32,000 nt of DNA from Candidatus Saccharimonadota bacterium (GCA_039920285.1 JBDSDX010000001.1:1-32000); one strand, 5' to 3'. Positions 18,061 through 26,119 are shown, counted from the stretch's first letter. Translations and numbers: made by a program. The notes: generated by a model from the letters alone, not told the origin.

Positions 18061-18088
18061 AAACCTCCGAGAAATCGGAGGTTTTTTT
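18061..18088 (+). terminator. Intrinsic terminator after rpmB
   Basis: cctccga-gaaa-tcggagg followed by T7. Confidence 0.8.
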
Positions 18089-18103
18089 ATATGTCGCCTA
18101 CTT

Positions 18104-18739
18104 CTAGCTTCGTTCAAGATTGAACAGTGTGAGTGCTGGAGGGAGTGCTGTTGCTTGTTTCAATTTAAACTTCACTACTTCTTCGACCGGCGCACCAAGT
18201 TCTTTAATGAAAATGTCGAGTGGGTCTTGGTGGACTTCGTACTTCAAGGTACTATCTGCATAATGAATCGGGAAAACCGCTTTTGGATCAATTTGACGAG
18301 TAATGGTCGCTGCGCCAGTCGCATCAAGTGTGTAACCGTTGCCGCCAACGGGCAAAATCAAGATGTCGATTAAACCAATCTCTTCGAGTTGCTCGTCGGA
18401 TAGCTTTTCATAAATGTTGCCAAGGACCGCAACACGCAACTCACCAATTTCGATACGGTAGATCGTCGAAATAAGTGGATCTTTATCAGTATCGAGGTGT
18501 CGTTGTGCGGCAATACCGTGGATATCAAAATCAGCCACACCGTACTCACCCGGACCTTCGATACTGAGTCGTGCATTTTCAGAGTTCAGTGCAAAACGAG
18601 CTTCAGTTGCAAGTTCGATATCGCCCTTCAAGTTGTAATCTTTTAATCCCACAATAGAAAGCTTTGGGTCAACAACGATACTTGCGCTTTTGGTCGTCAG
18701 AACGACACAGTTGCCACCTTTATATTCAATTTCAAACAT
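18104..18739 (-). CDS. MBL-fold (Lactamase_B_3/UPF0173-like) protein lacking the HxHxDH metal motif
   Basis: 211 aa with the overall pattern IVVDP...ILILPVGGNGYTLDA...VFPIHY typical of this fold. No HxHxDH motif is present. An AAGGAG RBS lies upstream. Confidence 0.55.
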   Translation of the reverse strand: MFEIEYKGGNCVVLTTKSASIVVDPKLSIVGLKDYNLKGDIELATEARFALNSENARLSIEGPGEYGVADFDIHGIAAQRHLDTDKDPLISTIYRIEIGELRVAVLGNIYEKLSDEQLEEIGLIDILILPVGGNGYTLDATGAATITRQIDPKAVFPIHYADSTLKYEVHQDPLDIFIKELGAPVEEVVKFKLKQATALPPALTLFNLERS

Positions 18740-18754
18740 ATATTTCTCCTTTAA

Positions 18755-19360
18755 TTACTGACTGAGGACATGATCTTTATCGATCGCCACGGTATGTTTG
18801 CTATTTAAAATCTCGGTAATAAATTTATCACGAACGCTCAAACGATAATAGAAGTCTTCGTACGGAATCACCGTATAGTTGATCTCGCGACCTTCCAACT
18901 TCTCAATGATGGCCATTGCAGCCTTCACCTTCGCCTTTGGCAATGTCCCAACAAGCAACACGTCAACAGTGCTGGTTGAACCGCTTACTAAGACGCCGGC
19001 AACAATTGCCAAGCGAAGTGCTGAAATACCAGCGATAGCGCTTAGATACTGATCGCTGACAACTTGTTCTTCAGAAGCAACTGACGATTTACTCGCTTCG
19101 ATCGTTTCGCCGGCAAAAATTGCGCGCAGCGCCGCATAGTACTCATAGCGTTGATTGACTGCATAATAAAGTTTGTTATCCGCGCTGTCACTGGTGATGA
19201 CCCCGACTTCGAGCATGTTTGATAATTCACGACGAACGGAATTAATTTGCTCATCAATAAGTCGAGTGATCTCACGGACATAAAAAGATTGTCCAGGGTG
19301 ATTCAAAAAAAGGTGCAGTAGTTTCACCCTTGTCTTTGACCCGAACAATTTATCAATCAC
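18755..19360 (-). CDS. Winged-helix (ArsR-like) DNA-binding protein with an uncharacterised C-terminal domain
   Basis: The N-terminal LFGSKTRVKLLHLFLNHPGQSFYVREITRLIDEQINSVRRELSNM is a wHTH pattern. GTG start with a GGGGAG RBS. Confidence 0.6.
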   Translation of the reverse strand: MIDKLFGSKTRVKLLHLFLNHPGQSFYVREITRLIDEQINSVRRELSNMLEVGVITSDSADNKLYYAVNQRYEYYAALRAIFAGETIEASKSSVASEEQVVSDQYLSAIAGISALRLAIVAGVLVSGSTSTVDVLLVGTLPKAKVKAAMAIIEKLEGREINYTVIPYEDFYYRLSVRDKFITEILNSKHTVAIDKDHVLSQ

Positions 19361-19398
19361 GTGTGTCTCCCCTCGTATAACTTTCGTGTCCTATAATA

Positions 19399-20265
19399 TC
19401 ACGGCTCGACTGATTCGGCGAGTCGGCGGGCGATGTATTTTTGCGCATAATCAAGGTCTAACCATTTAATAAATGGGTTTCGTTTGAGCCATGTGAGTTG
19501 TCTTTTGGCGAGTTGCCAGTCAGCCGTTTCGTTGAGTTGTTTCAATTCAGCTTCAGTCATCGCGCCGTCCAAAAAATTATGAATCAAGCGATAGATATTT
19601 CCGGTCATTGCTTCACTTTTCCAGCCATACTTTTCGCCCAATGACTTTGCTTCTTCCACAACTCCGTCATCAAATAAGTGTTCACTCCGCTCATGAATCC
19701 GTTTCCGTAATATTTCTTTTTTCGTAGTAATTCCAACAATGATTGTATTGTGATGTGGTTCTAACAACCTCTTACCGTTTGTGTTTTTTCGTTCAATTGC
19801 ACGCATGACATAGCGACGATTTTTATCATTTTCTGGCAACTTTATGTTGTTTTCAATACAATACTCTTGTAATTGCTCTAGGGATAAACTCTCTAATTTT
19901 TCCCTCAGTGAGATATCAACAGGACCAAACTCGTATTCAAAGACAACTGCATCAATGTACAGTCCAGTGCCGCCGACTAAGAACGGAATTTTACCGCGTG
20001 CGCGTATATCAGCGATCATTTCGTAGGCGTATGTTTGGAAATCTGCGACCGTAAATGACTTATTTGGCTCAACTAAATCGAGCCCCCAGTGCGGCACACG
20101 AGCCCGATCTTCTTTTGAAGGTTTAGCAGTCCCGATGTCCATGTGTGTATAGACAGTGCGTGAGTCTGCACAAATAATTTCACCGCCGAATTGCTCAGCA
20201 AGTGTGACGGCGAGACTCGATTTGCCGCTCGCCGTTGGGCCAACAATAACGATTAAGGGCGCCAT
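19399..20265 (-). CDS. miaA: tRNA dimethylallyltransferase
   Basis: IVIVGPTASGKSSLA P-loop, then DSRTVYTHMDIGTAKP and the HWGLD pattern. Confidence 0.92.
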   Translation of the reverse strand: MAPLIVIVGPTASGKSSLAVTLAEQFGGEIICADSRTVYTHMDIGTAKPSKEDRARVPHWGLDLVEPNKSFTVADFQTYAYEMIADIRARGKIPFLVGGTGLYIDAVVFEYEFGPVDISLREKLESLSLEQLQEYCIENNIKLPENDKNRRYVMRAIERKNTNGKRLLEPHHNTIIVGITTKKEILRKRIHERSEHLFDDGVVEEAKSLGEKYGWKSEAMTGNIYRLIHNFLDGAMTEAELKQLNETADWQLAKRQLTWLKRNPFIKWLDLDYAQKYIARRLAESVEP

Positions 20266-20558
20266 CGATGTTCCTTAAAATCATCAACAATAAACTCAGT
20301 GCAACTAATACCTTCAGCCGCTAAATGCTCCACCTGTACTTCACGTCCACCATAATACCCGGCTGCGAGGCCACCGAAGCGATTTACTAATCGATGCCAC
20401 GGTAATTCTTCATTGCCGAAATGAGCTATTCCGCCAACCACGCGTGCTGCGTAAGGATGACCAGCCAAAGCCGCAAGGTCACCATAGGTCGTGACGTTGC
20501 CTTTTGGAACCTGCGCCATCAGTTCTTCGATTTTTTTACGGAATGCGCTATCTACCAT
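20253..20558 (-). CDS. Alkyltransferase-like (ATL) protein: MGMT DNA-binding fold without the acceptor cysteine
   Basis: VPKGNVTTYGDLAALAG...LPWHRLV. The canonical PCHRV active site reads PWHRL, and Cys-to-Trp is the defining ATL feature. The gene overlaps the miaA start by 13 nt. Confidence 0.75.
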   Translation of the reverse strand: MVDSAFRKKIEELMAQVPKGNVTTYGDLAALAGHPYAARVVGGIAHFGNEELPWHRLVNRFGGLAAGYYGGREVQVEHLAAEGISCTEFIVDDFKEHRWRP

Positions 20559-20567
20559 TGAAGTCTC

Positions 20568-21266
20568 CTAGTAGTGACGCTTTCCAGCATTCATAGGAAT
20601 CTTTTCACCAGGCGCTAATGAGGCTAAACGAGCTTTTTCATCTACCAAAAACTCTCTCAACGCATCATGATCACCTGCTGTAATAAGATCAGGATGGATT
20701 TCTCGACTAATGCCGTGATAGACCCCTGGACGAGTCCACGGATTTTTACCAAAGAGAACGGTGCGGAAGCCCGCCACAGCCAACTCATTAGCATGTTTGG
20801 GAAGATCCTCAACAAAGTTAGTAAAGCCTTCTCTTTGCGCAATAACTACTTTTGATACATGGCGTGAGCCACCAAAATCAGTGAAATCAATATTACCGCG
20901 TCCAAATTGACCAGGAATATGCCGTGCCAACGAACGAAACGTCGCATCCTTCAACCAATGAGGTCTTCCAGTGACGCCATCAATATCGCCCGCTTCTTCA
21001 ATAACGCCCATGACTCCTTTGACAGGCTCGACTCGTTCAATAAACTCATCGCTTCCAAGAATCACATTTACCTGGTCAAAAGCTTGTTGCAGCGTGTCCG
21101 TTTTCCATAAATCGAGAGTATGCTCAGCGTTATACCATTCTTCGAGCGTCAACCGTGTTCCATACTGCTCATTGTGCATTTGTATAGTAAGCGGAGCGGT
21201 ATCGAGCAGAACATCATCAACATCGCTCCCTAGCTTCATTTTGGGTGCTTCAAGGTTTAAAGACAT
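20568..21266 (-). CDS. HAD-superfamily hydrolase, 5'(3')-deoxyribonucleotidase-like
   Basis: The DVDDVL (DxDxV/T) motif I lies near the N-terminus. Size and layout resemble NT5C-type nucleotidases. The ATG directly abuts the thrS stop. Confidence 0.5.
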   Translation of the reverse strand: MSLNLEAPKMKLGSDVDDVLLDTAPLTIQMHNEQYGTRLTLEEWYNAEHTLDLWKTDTLQQAFDQVNVILGSDEFIERVEPVKGVMGVIEEAGDIDGVTGRPHWLKDATFRSLARHIPGQFGRGNIDFTDFGGSRHVSKVVIAQREGFTNFVEDLPKHANELAVAGFRTVLFGKNPWTRPGVYHGISREIHPDLITAGDHDALREFLVDEKARLASLAPGEKIPMNAGKRHY

Positions 21267-23081
21267 CTACGAAATTCCTCTTAAATATTCTCCCAACCCG
21301 TTAAGTGACACCTTTTCTTCACCTGCCTGCGTGCGAACACTGACTTCGCGCGCTTCTTTATCCTTTGGACCAACGATAAGCTGGACTGGAATCTTCATAA
21401 GTGACGCTTGTCCAATTTTTTTACCGAGTGATTCGTTGCGATCGTCAACAGTATAGCGAAGTTCGTTGTATTTCACTGGCTTCATAAGAACAACCTCATC
21501 GAGAACGGCGCGAATCTCATCAACATAGTCACCAATCGTGTCGTTAATCGTCAGAATGCGCAGCTGTTCAGGGGCAACCCAGAATGGGAACCATCCACCG
21601 GTGTGCTCAATAAAGACACTGAGGAAGCGCTCAATCGATCCGAGGAGTGCACAGTGGATCATGACGGGAGTTTGCGCGTTACCTTCGTTATCGGTGTAGG
21701 TCAGGCCGAAGCGTGACGGTTGCACGAAGTCGAGTTGGACGGTTGCCACTTGATGTTCGCGACCAATAGCATCAGTTGCCATGAAGTCGATTTTTGGACC
21801 GTAAAAGGCAGCTTCGCCGTCTTGTTCAAAATAATCGAGCTCATTGGTGATGACTGCTTGTTTGAGCTGCGCTTGGGCTGTTTCCCAGAGGTTCGTCTCA
21901 CCTAAGTAGCCTTCTCCCTCGTCGCGGTACGACAAGCGAACCCGAAGGCTCATCCCAATCGTTGCGTATAGTTCACGCGCGCTCGAAAGTAAGTTGTTGA
22001 TCTCTTGTTCAATCTGATCAGGTCGTGCAAACACGTGGCTGTCGTCTTGAGTCAAAGAACGCACGCGGTTCAAACCACCTAGTTCACCGGTTTTTTCATC
22101 GCGGTAATCAGTCGTTGTTTCGAGAAAACGAACTGGCATATCTTTGTAACTTCGTGGTTGCGAAGCGTAGATTTGGGTGTGATGCGGACAGTTCATCGGC
22201 TTCAATGCGAAGTTATCACTGGTTTCTTGGCTGGTAACAAGGAAAAGCTCATCACCGAATTTTGCCCAGTGGCCAGAGGTTTCGTAGAGTTCTTTCTTGG
22301 TAATGTGTGGCGTCCACACCTTTTGGAAGCCGAAAGCTTGGCGAAGTTGGTTTGAATACTGGGCCATGAGCTCACGAAGGACGGTTCCACGAGGGGTAAA
22401 CAGTGGTAATCCAGGACCAACCAGGCTCGAAATCGTATAGAGATCAAGTTCCTTACCGAGTTTTCGGTGGTCACGGAGTTTCGCCTGTTCGAGACGTTCA
22501 AGATACTGATCGAGTTCTTCTTGAGTGGCAAACGCAACACCGTAGAGACGTTGCATCTGAGGATTCCCCTCTTTACCGCGCCAGTAGGCACCGGCGACGC
22601 GAAGAAGTTTGAACGCACCAACATCTCTTGTGTTGGCAACATGTGGTCCACGACAGAGGTCGACAAAAGCGCCATTCTTATAAAATGAAACGTTTTCGAT
22701 AGCTGCATCACCATCAGTCGCGAGACCAAGTTCTGCAGTATCAAGATCTTTAGCGACAGTCGTGCCCGAACGCTTCAAATCGTTCAGAAGTTCTTCTTTA
22801 TAGGGCTGATTGTTCTCTTTTGCCCAGTCGATCGCTTGGTCGATTGGCATCTCGAATCGTTCGAAATCATCACCGTATTCAATAATGCCGCGCATCTGCT
22901 TTTCGATCTTCTCGAAATTAGCTTCTGAAATCTTCTTCTCACCGAGGTCAATATCGTAATAAAAACCGTCTTGGACCACTGGTCCGACACCAAATTTTGC
23001 TTCTGGCCAGATACGTTTCACCGCTGCGGCAGTAATGTGCGCAAGGCTGTGTCGCATTGCATGGAGCTGTTCGTCGTTCAT
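21267..23081 (-). CDS. thrS: Threonyl-tRNA synthetase (begins at the editing domain; no N-terminal TGS domain is evident)
   Basis: 604 aa with MRHSLAHI (editing-domain HxxxH), class II motifs (FRDE-like YRDEKTGELGGLNRVR, GFYGPKID-like) and a C-terminal anticodon-binding domain. An AAGGGAG RBS lies upstream. Confidence 0.97.
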   Translation of the reverse strand: MNDEQLHAMRHSLAHITAAAVKRIWPEAKFGVGPVVQDGFYYDIDLGEKKISEANFEKIEKQMRGIIEYGDDFERFEMPIDQAIDWAKENNQPYKEELLNDLKRSGTTVAKDLDTAELGLATDGDAAIENVSFYKNGAFVDLCRGPHVANTRDVGAFKLLRVAGAYWRGKEGNPQMQRLYGVAFATQEELDQYLERLEQAKLRDHRKLGKELDLYTISSLVGPGLPLFTPRGTVLRELMAQYSNQLRQAFGFQKVWTPHITKKELYETSGHWAKFGDELFLVTSQETSDNFALKPMNCPHHTQIYASQPRSYKDMPVRFLETTTDYRDEKTGELGGLNRVRSLTQDDSHVFARPDQIEQEINNLLSSARELYATIGMSLRVRLSYRDEGEGYLGETNLWETAQAQLKQAVITNELDYFEQDGEAAFYGPKIDFMATDAIGREHQVATVQLDFVQPSRFGLTYTDNEGNAQTPVMIHCALLGSIERFLSVFIEHTGGWFPFWVAPEQLRILTINDTIGDYVDEIRAVLDEVVLMKPVKYNELRYTVDDRNESLGKKIGQASLMKIPVQLIVGPKDKEAREVSVRTQAGEEKVSLNGLGEYLRGIS

Positions 23082-23267
23082 TTTATTTCTCCCTTAAAAT
23101 AATAAAAAACATACAATGATCAGGCATATTGATATATATCCATTCATCGTATGTCTCGGGTCCAGCTCTATGCTAGACGGTTCCACCGGACTTTTACTTA
23201 TGAGTAACGTTACGCACGTTGCACACCCGCGGAGTTCGGAAGATGGTTGGACTTCGTCATCACTCTA
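23082..23267 (-). promoter_or_regulatory. T-box riboswitch leader of thrS (Thr ACC specifier, terminator type)
   Basis: All elements are read on the minus strand.
- A short Stem I has a K-turn-like UGAUGA...GA and terminal loop UCCAACCAU (ACC at 23447-23445 in window numbering 23247-23245).
- The T-box sequence is AAAAGUCCGGUGGAACCGUC.
- The antiterminator has a 7-nt bulge UGGAACC (23185-23179) and an A2 hairpin GUCUAGC-AUAGA-GCUGGAC.
- The terminator ACAUACGAUGA...UCAUUGUAUGU (23154-23109) is followed by a U-run.
- TGcTACAAT (-10 at 23278-23273) lies upstream. Confidence 0.8.
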
Positions 23268-23328
23268 GGGATATTGTAGCACGTTTATTGCTTTGCCACC
23301 CCTATTCTGATACCATTATAAGGCTCAC

Positions 23329-23405
23329 GGGTCCTTAGCTCATTTGGCTAGAGCGCCTCATTGACGTTGAGGAGGTGAGAGGTTCGAATCCTCTAGGACC
23401 CACCA
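23329..23405 (+). tRNA. tRNA-Val (anticodon GAC), CCA encoded
   Basis: Full cloverleaf read by hand: acceptor GGGTCCT/AGGACCC, D stem GCTC/GAGC, anticodon stem CCTCA/TGAGG with loop TTGACGT, and T arm AGAGG-TTCGAAT-CCTCT. Confidence 0.95.
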
Positions 23406-23417
23406 GATCGATTATTC

Positions 23418-23450
23418 AACCACCCCTATTTACAGGGGTGGTTTTTGTTT
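23418..23450 (+). terminator. Intrinsic terminator after tRNA-Val
   Basis: aaccacccc-tatttaca-ggggtggtt followed by tttt. Confidence 0.75.
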
Positions 23451-23578
23451 CCCCACACTTTTTGGGACTTATCCACCTGGGTGATATACCATATTTGATC
23501 AACTGTATATCATAGGCGGTATCACACGTGAACTCTTGTACCATTGACATTGTATGCCCTTTATGCTAATATGAGTGC

Positions 23579-23704
23579 ATGGTTAAGAAACAACAGATCA
23601 CAACCAACACAAACACCTCAGCTTTAGACCGCTTCTCGCTCTCATTTGAGTACGATAAGACACTGCAAGAGATCAAACGCGACGTCCGAGTTCGCACCAT
23701 TTAA
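23579..23704 (+). CDS. Candidate leaderless small ORF (41 aa: MVKKQQITTNTNTSALDRFSLSFEYDKTLQEIKRDVRVRTI)
   Basis: TTGACA (23544-23549), a 17-nt spacer and TGcTAATAT (-10 at 23567-23572), then 6 nt to the ATG at 23579. Stop TAA at 23702-23704. The hairpin 23720-23747 (aaagagcc...ggctcttt) is followed by a T-rich run. The ORF is below the length cutoff of the ORF track. Confidence 0.45.
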   Translation: MVKKQQITTNTNTSALDRFSLSFEYDKTLQEIKRDVRVRTI

Positions 23705-23773
23705 TAGTTCTCTCTCCGAAAAGAGCCCCCAGCAATGGAGGCTCTTTCTTTATATAATCGTTATATACAGGGG

Positions 23774-25438
23774 TTATTTCTTACGGGCAGCTTCGCGTGA
23801 GGCGTGTGTTTCTTTATTGGTGACGTCAAACTTCACCAGATAGTTTCCAAACAGTAATCGGCTCTGGGAGTACATTGCAGAGGCTGAGCTATAGATGATT
23901 GCCGTTATAGGCATCAGGAACCACTGTAGGAGCATCCCAATGGTCCGGTGGCGTTTATACCGTTCTGGGCGTGGTGGGAGCAACTTGAAGGCCAAGAACA
24001 CGGTTATAAACAGCCCAACCAGTGCAACTTGCATTAAACTACTAATCACGTCTGGTAACTGGTGTGCAACCACGTTGCTATAGGCGTGTGGATTGATCAA
24101 AAGCGGCACCCAGCCACCAACGGCTACCAGAACAGAGACGCTCGCCAAGGTGACGTGACCATCAAGTAGGCGTACAAAACGAACGAATCCAGACCAAAAT
24201 GGCACATTACGCTTCGAGGTAAACACTCTTGTGGCGACATATGGCACATCTGACGCTCCATATGCCCAGCGACGAAGCTGGATGAACTGTGCTTTCAAAG
24301 TTTTGCGGTATGTCACATCGAGAACAGCATCTTGGCCGATCGGGACATAGATCGGGACGACTTCATAATTTCCATTGAAATAGAAGAAACTGCGCCAATA
24401 CTGGTGTCCGTCTTCTACAATCGTGCGTACACTCCAGAAATCCATTTCTACCAGCGCCTCCATTGGTTGTGAGTGCGACGCAAAGTTCCGAAGTGTATGT
24501 GGCCGCATTGAACTAATAATGTTCCAGAATGAGTTACCAGTGGCTAAAACACGCATTGGGGCCGGTACATCCCAGATATTGTTCATAAACATCGCAATTG
24601 GCTGGAACGCGAGATGTTTGCGATCTTCGTGAACAATAAATTCGTAGGTCACATAATCAAAATAGGTTTTGTGCGGACGGTTGTCGGCATCAAGAGTGGT
24701 AACGAGGACGTTTTTGTACTCAATCCCCTTTTTATCGAACCATTTTTGCATCTCACGTCCGGCGTGAGTAATGTTTCCACCCTTACCAACGACTTCACCA
24801 GGGAGATCTCTCGGGTGTTTAATCAAAATAAGCTCACCGAATTTGCCAGCATAGTCTTTTTCGAGGCGCTTCACGGTCGCTTCAATCGCCTCTCCGCCTC
24901 TTTCTTCGTACGCGAGTACGACGATGAGATGGTCTTTGTCGTACGTGACCTGTGTCATGACGTCGAGTGTTTCAGCAATAATTTCGTACGATTCGTTATA
25001 TTCGGTAATAATCGCTAAGTTATAGATGTCAGATGGTTTTGGAAATGCTGGTGGATCAGCCACAGCAAGCCGAAGGTTATCGACGTGCGCCGCAACCCCG
25101 TATGCCTTTGATCGGGTGCGAGAACGAAGCTCGTATGATTCAGTTGGATTCTCGAAGTCATGCAAACGCTCGTGCCAGTCGATCTTTTGCGCCTTATCGA
25201 GACGATTTCGACCACCGATAGTATGGTATGCGATCCCCACCGCCTTAACTAACAGTGTTATAACGATAAACATCAGATATATCGCGGCAAATAGTGGCGA
25301 CACGAGAGATAAGACAACGAGGAGAATTATTGCACTATAGCTCAAGAGTGCTGGCAACATTTCAAAGAAACGATACGCCTTCGTGCGTTTACCGAGCGGA
25401 ATCTCGAGGTCAATCATCTTAGATTGGTGACCAGACAT
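23774..25438 (-). CDS. Membrane-embedded processive family-2 glycosyltransferase (cellulose/chitin-synthase-like)
   Basis: 554 aa with N-terminal and C-terminal TM bundles flanking a GT-A domain. Motifs are TTLDADN (DxD), VEDGHQYW (ED) and QLRRWAYG (QxxRW). An alternative start MIDLE lies at 25417. Confidence 0.8.
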   Translation of the reverse strand: MSGHQSKMIDLEIPLGKRTKAYRFFEMLPALLSYSAIILLVVLSLVSPLFAAIYLMFIVITLLVKAVGIAYHTIGGRNRLDKAQKIDWHERLHDFENPTESYELRSRTRSKAYGVAAHVDNLRLAVADPPAFPKPSDIYNLAIITEYNESYEIIAETLDVMTQVTYDKDHLIVVLAYEERGGEAIEATVKRLEKDYAGKFGELILIKHPRDLPGEVVGKGGNITHAGREMQKWFDKKGIEYKNVLVTTLDADNRPHKTYFDYVTYEFIVHEDRKHLAFQPIAMFMNNIWDVPAPMRVLATGNSFWNIISSMRPHTLRNFASHSQPMEALVEMDFWSVRTIVEDGHQYWRSFFYFNGNYEVVPIYVPIGQDAVLDVTYRKTLKAQFIQLRRWAYGASDVPYVATRVFTSKRNVPFWSGFVRFVRLLDGHVTLASVSVLVAVGGWVPLLINPHAYSNVVAHQLPDVISSLMQVALVGLFITVFLAFKLLPPRPERYKRHRTIGMLLQWFLMPITAIIYSSASAMYSQSRLLFGNYLVKFDVTNKETHASREAARKK

Positions 25439-25799
25439 TGATAATCGAAAAGCTTGTCACCCACGCAAAGACAATAATACCGATACCAAGCCAGGCAAAC
25501 ATAATCGCCAAAGGGTGTCCTTTGATGATGTAGAGTTTGATGGCGAGTGAAATATGAAATACAGCGACAAGGACGGCAAAAGCCGCGAAACCTAAGAGGT
25601 AAAACCACTGATTTCGGTATAAGTGGGTCACACCGTACGCGGTGTAATGGGTGACCAGTTGTAACTCACTCGGGCGAACCGCCAGCAAGATATAGGCAAT
25701 GAATGACACCATGAGGAGCACAGTCACCACTGAGAGCACCGTTAAATAACGGTTCGTGATGAGTTGCTTGAGAGAGGTTTGAATAGTAGTAATAATCAT
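25419..25799 (-). CDS. Small integral membrane protein (4 TM) upstream of the GT2 synthase
   Basis: 126-aa hydrophobic ORF whose ATG lies 5 nt after the tRNA-Thr 3' CCA. Its end overlaps the GT2 gene start. Confidence 0.6.
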   Translation of the reverse strand: MIITTIQTSLKQLITNRYLTVLSVVTVLLMVSFIAYILLAVRPSELQLVTHYTAYGVTHLYRNQWFYLLGFAAFAVLVAVFHISLAIKLYIIKGHPLAIMFAWLGIGIIVFAWVTSFSIINVWSPI

Positions 25800-25804
25800 A
25801 TATA

Positions 25805-25880
25805 TGGAGCCGCTGTCCGGATTTGAACCGGAGACCTACGCTTTACGAAAGCGCCGCTCTACCAACTGAGCTACAGCGGC
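25805..25880 (-). tRNA. tRNA-Thr (anticodon CGT), CCA encoded, discriminator U
   Basis: The minus strand reads GCCGCTG TA GCTC AGTTGGTA GAGC G GCGCT TTCGTAA AGCGT AGGTC TCCGG TTCAAAT CCGGA CAGCGGC T CCA. TGcTATAAT (25907-25899) lies 11 nt upstream of the 5' end. Confidence 0.95.
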
Positions 25881-25939
25881 GAGCTCCGCTTCTCTGCCAT
25901 TATAGCATTCGCTAAAGGGAAAACAAACGCCCCCAGAGG

Positions 25940-25968
25940 TTGCTTGAAAGAGGAAAAACTGCTAAAAT
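25940..25968 (+). promoter_or_regulatory. Candidate tRNA-Asp promoter TTGCTT-17-TAAAAT
   Basis: Hexamers at 25940-25945 and 25963-25968 with a 17-nt spacer, back-to-back with the tRNA-Thr promoter. Confidence 0.5.
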
Positions 25969-25999
25969 CCGTAGAGCTTAGGCAAAAAAGCACATACGA

Positions 26000-26077
26000 G
26001 GGCTCGTAGTGAAGCTGGCCTATCACGTCTCCCTGTCACGGAGAAGATCGCCGGTTCGAATCCGGTCGGGCCCGCCA
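26000..26077 (+). tRNA. tRNA-Asp (anticodon GTC), CCA encoded
   Basis: GGGCTCG TA GTGA AGCTGGCCTA TCAC G TCTCC CTGTCAC GGAGA AGATC GCCGG TTCGAAT CCGGT CGGGCCC G CCA. Confidence 0.95.
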
Positions 26078-26119
26078 AGAATTTATAGATACCACCAAAA
26101 GTGGTATTCTTTTTATTAG

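Noticed and set aside
15531-23450. Two terminators have very similar stems, aaaaccacc...ggtggtttt at 15531-15560 and aaccacccc...ggggtggtt at 23418-23450. They could be a dispersed repeat family.
   Set aside because: There are only two copies, the stems are short, and the loops differ. Convergent terminator design is the simpler explanation.
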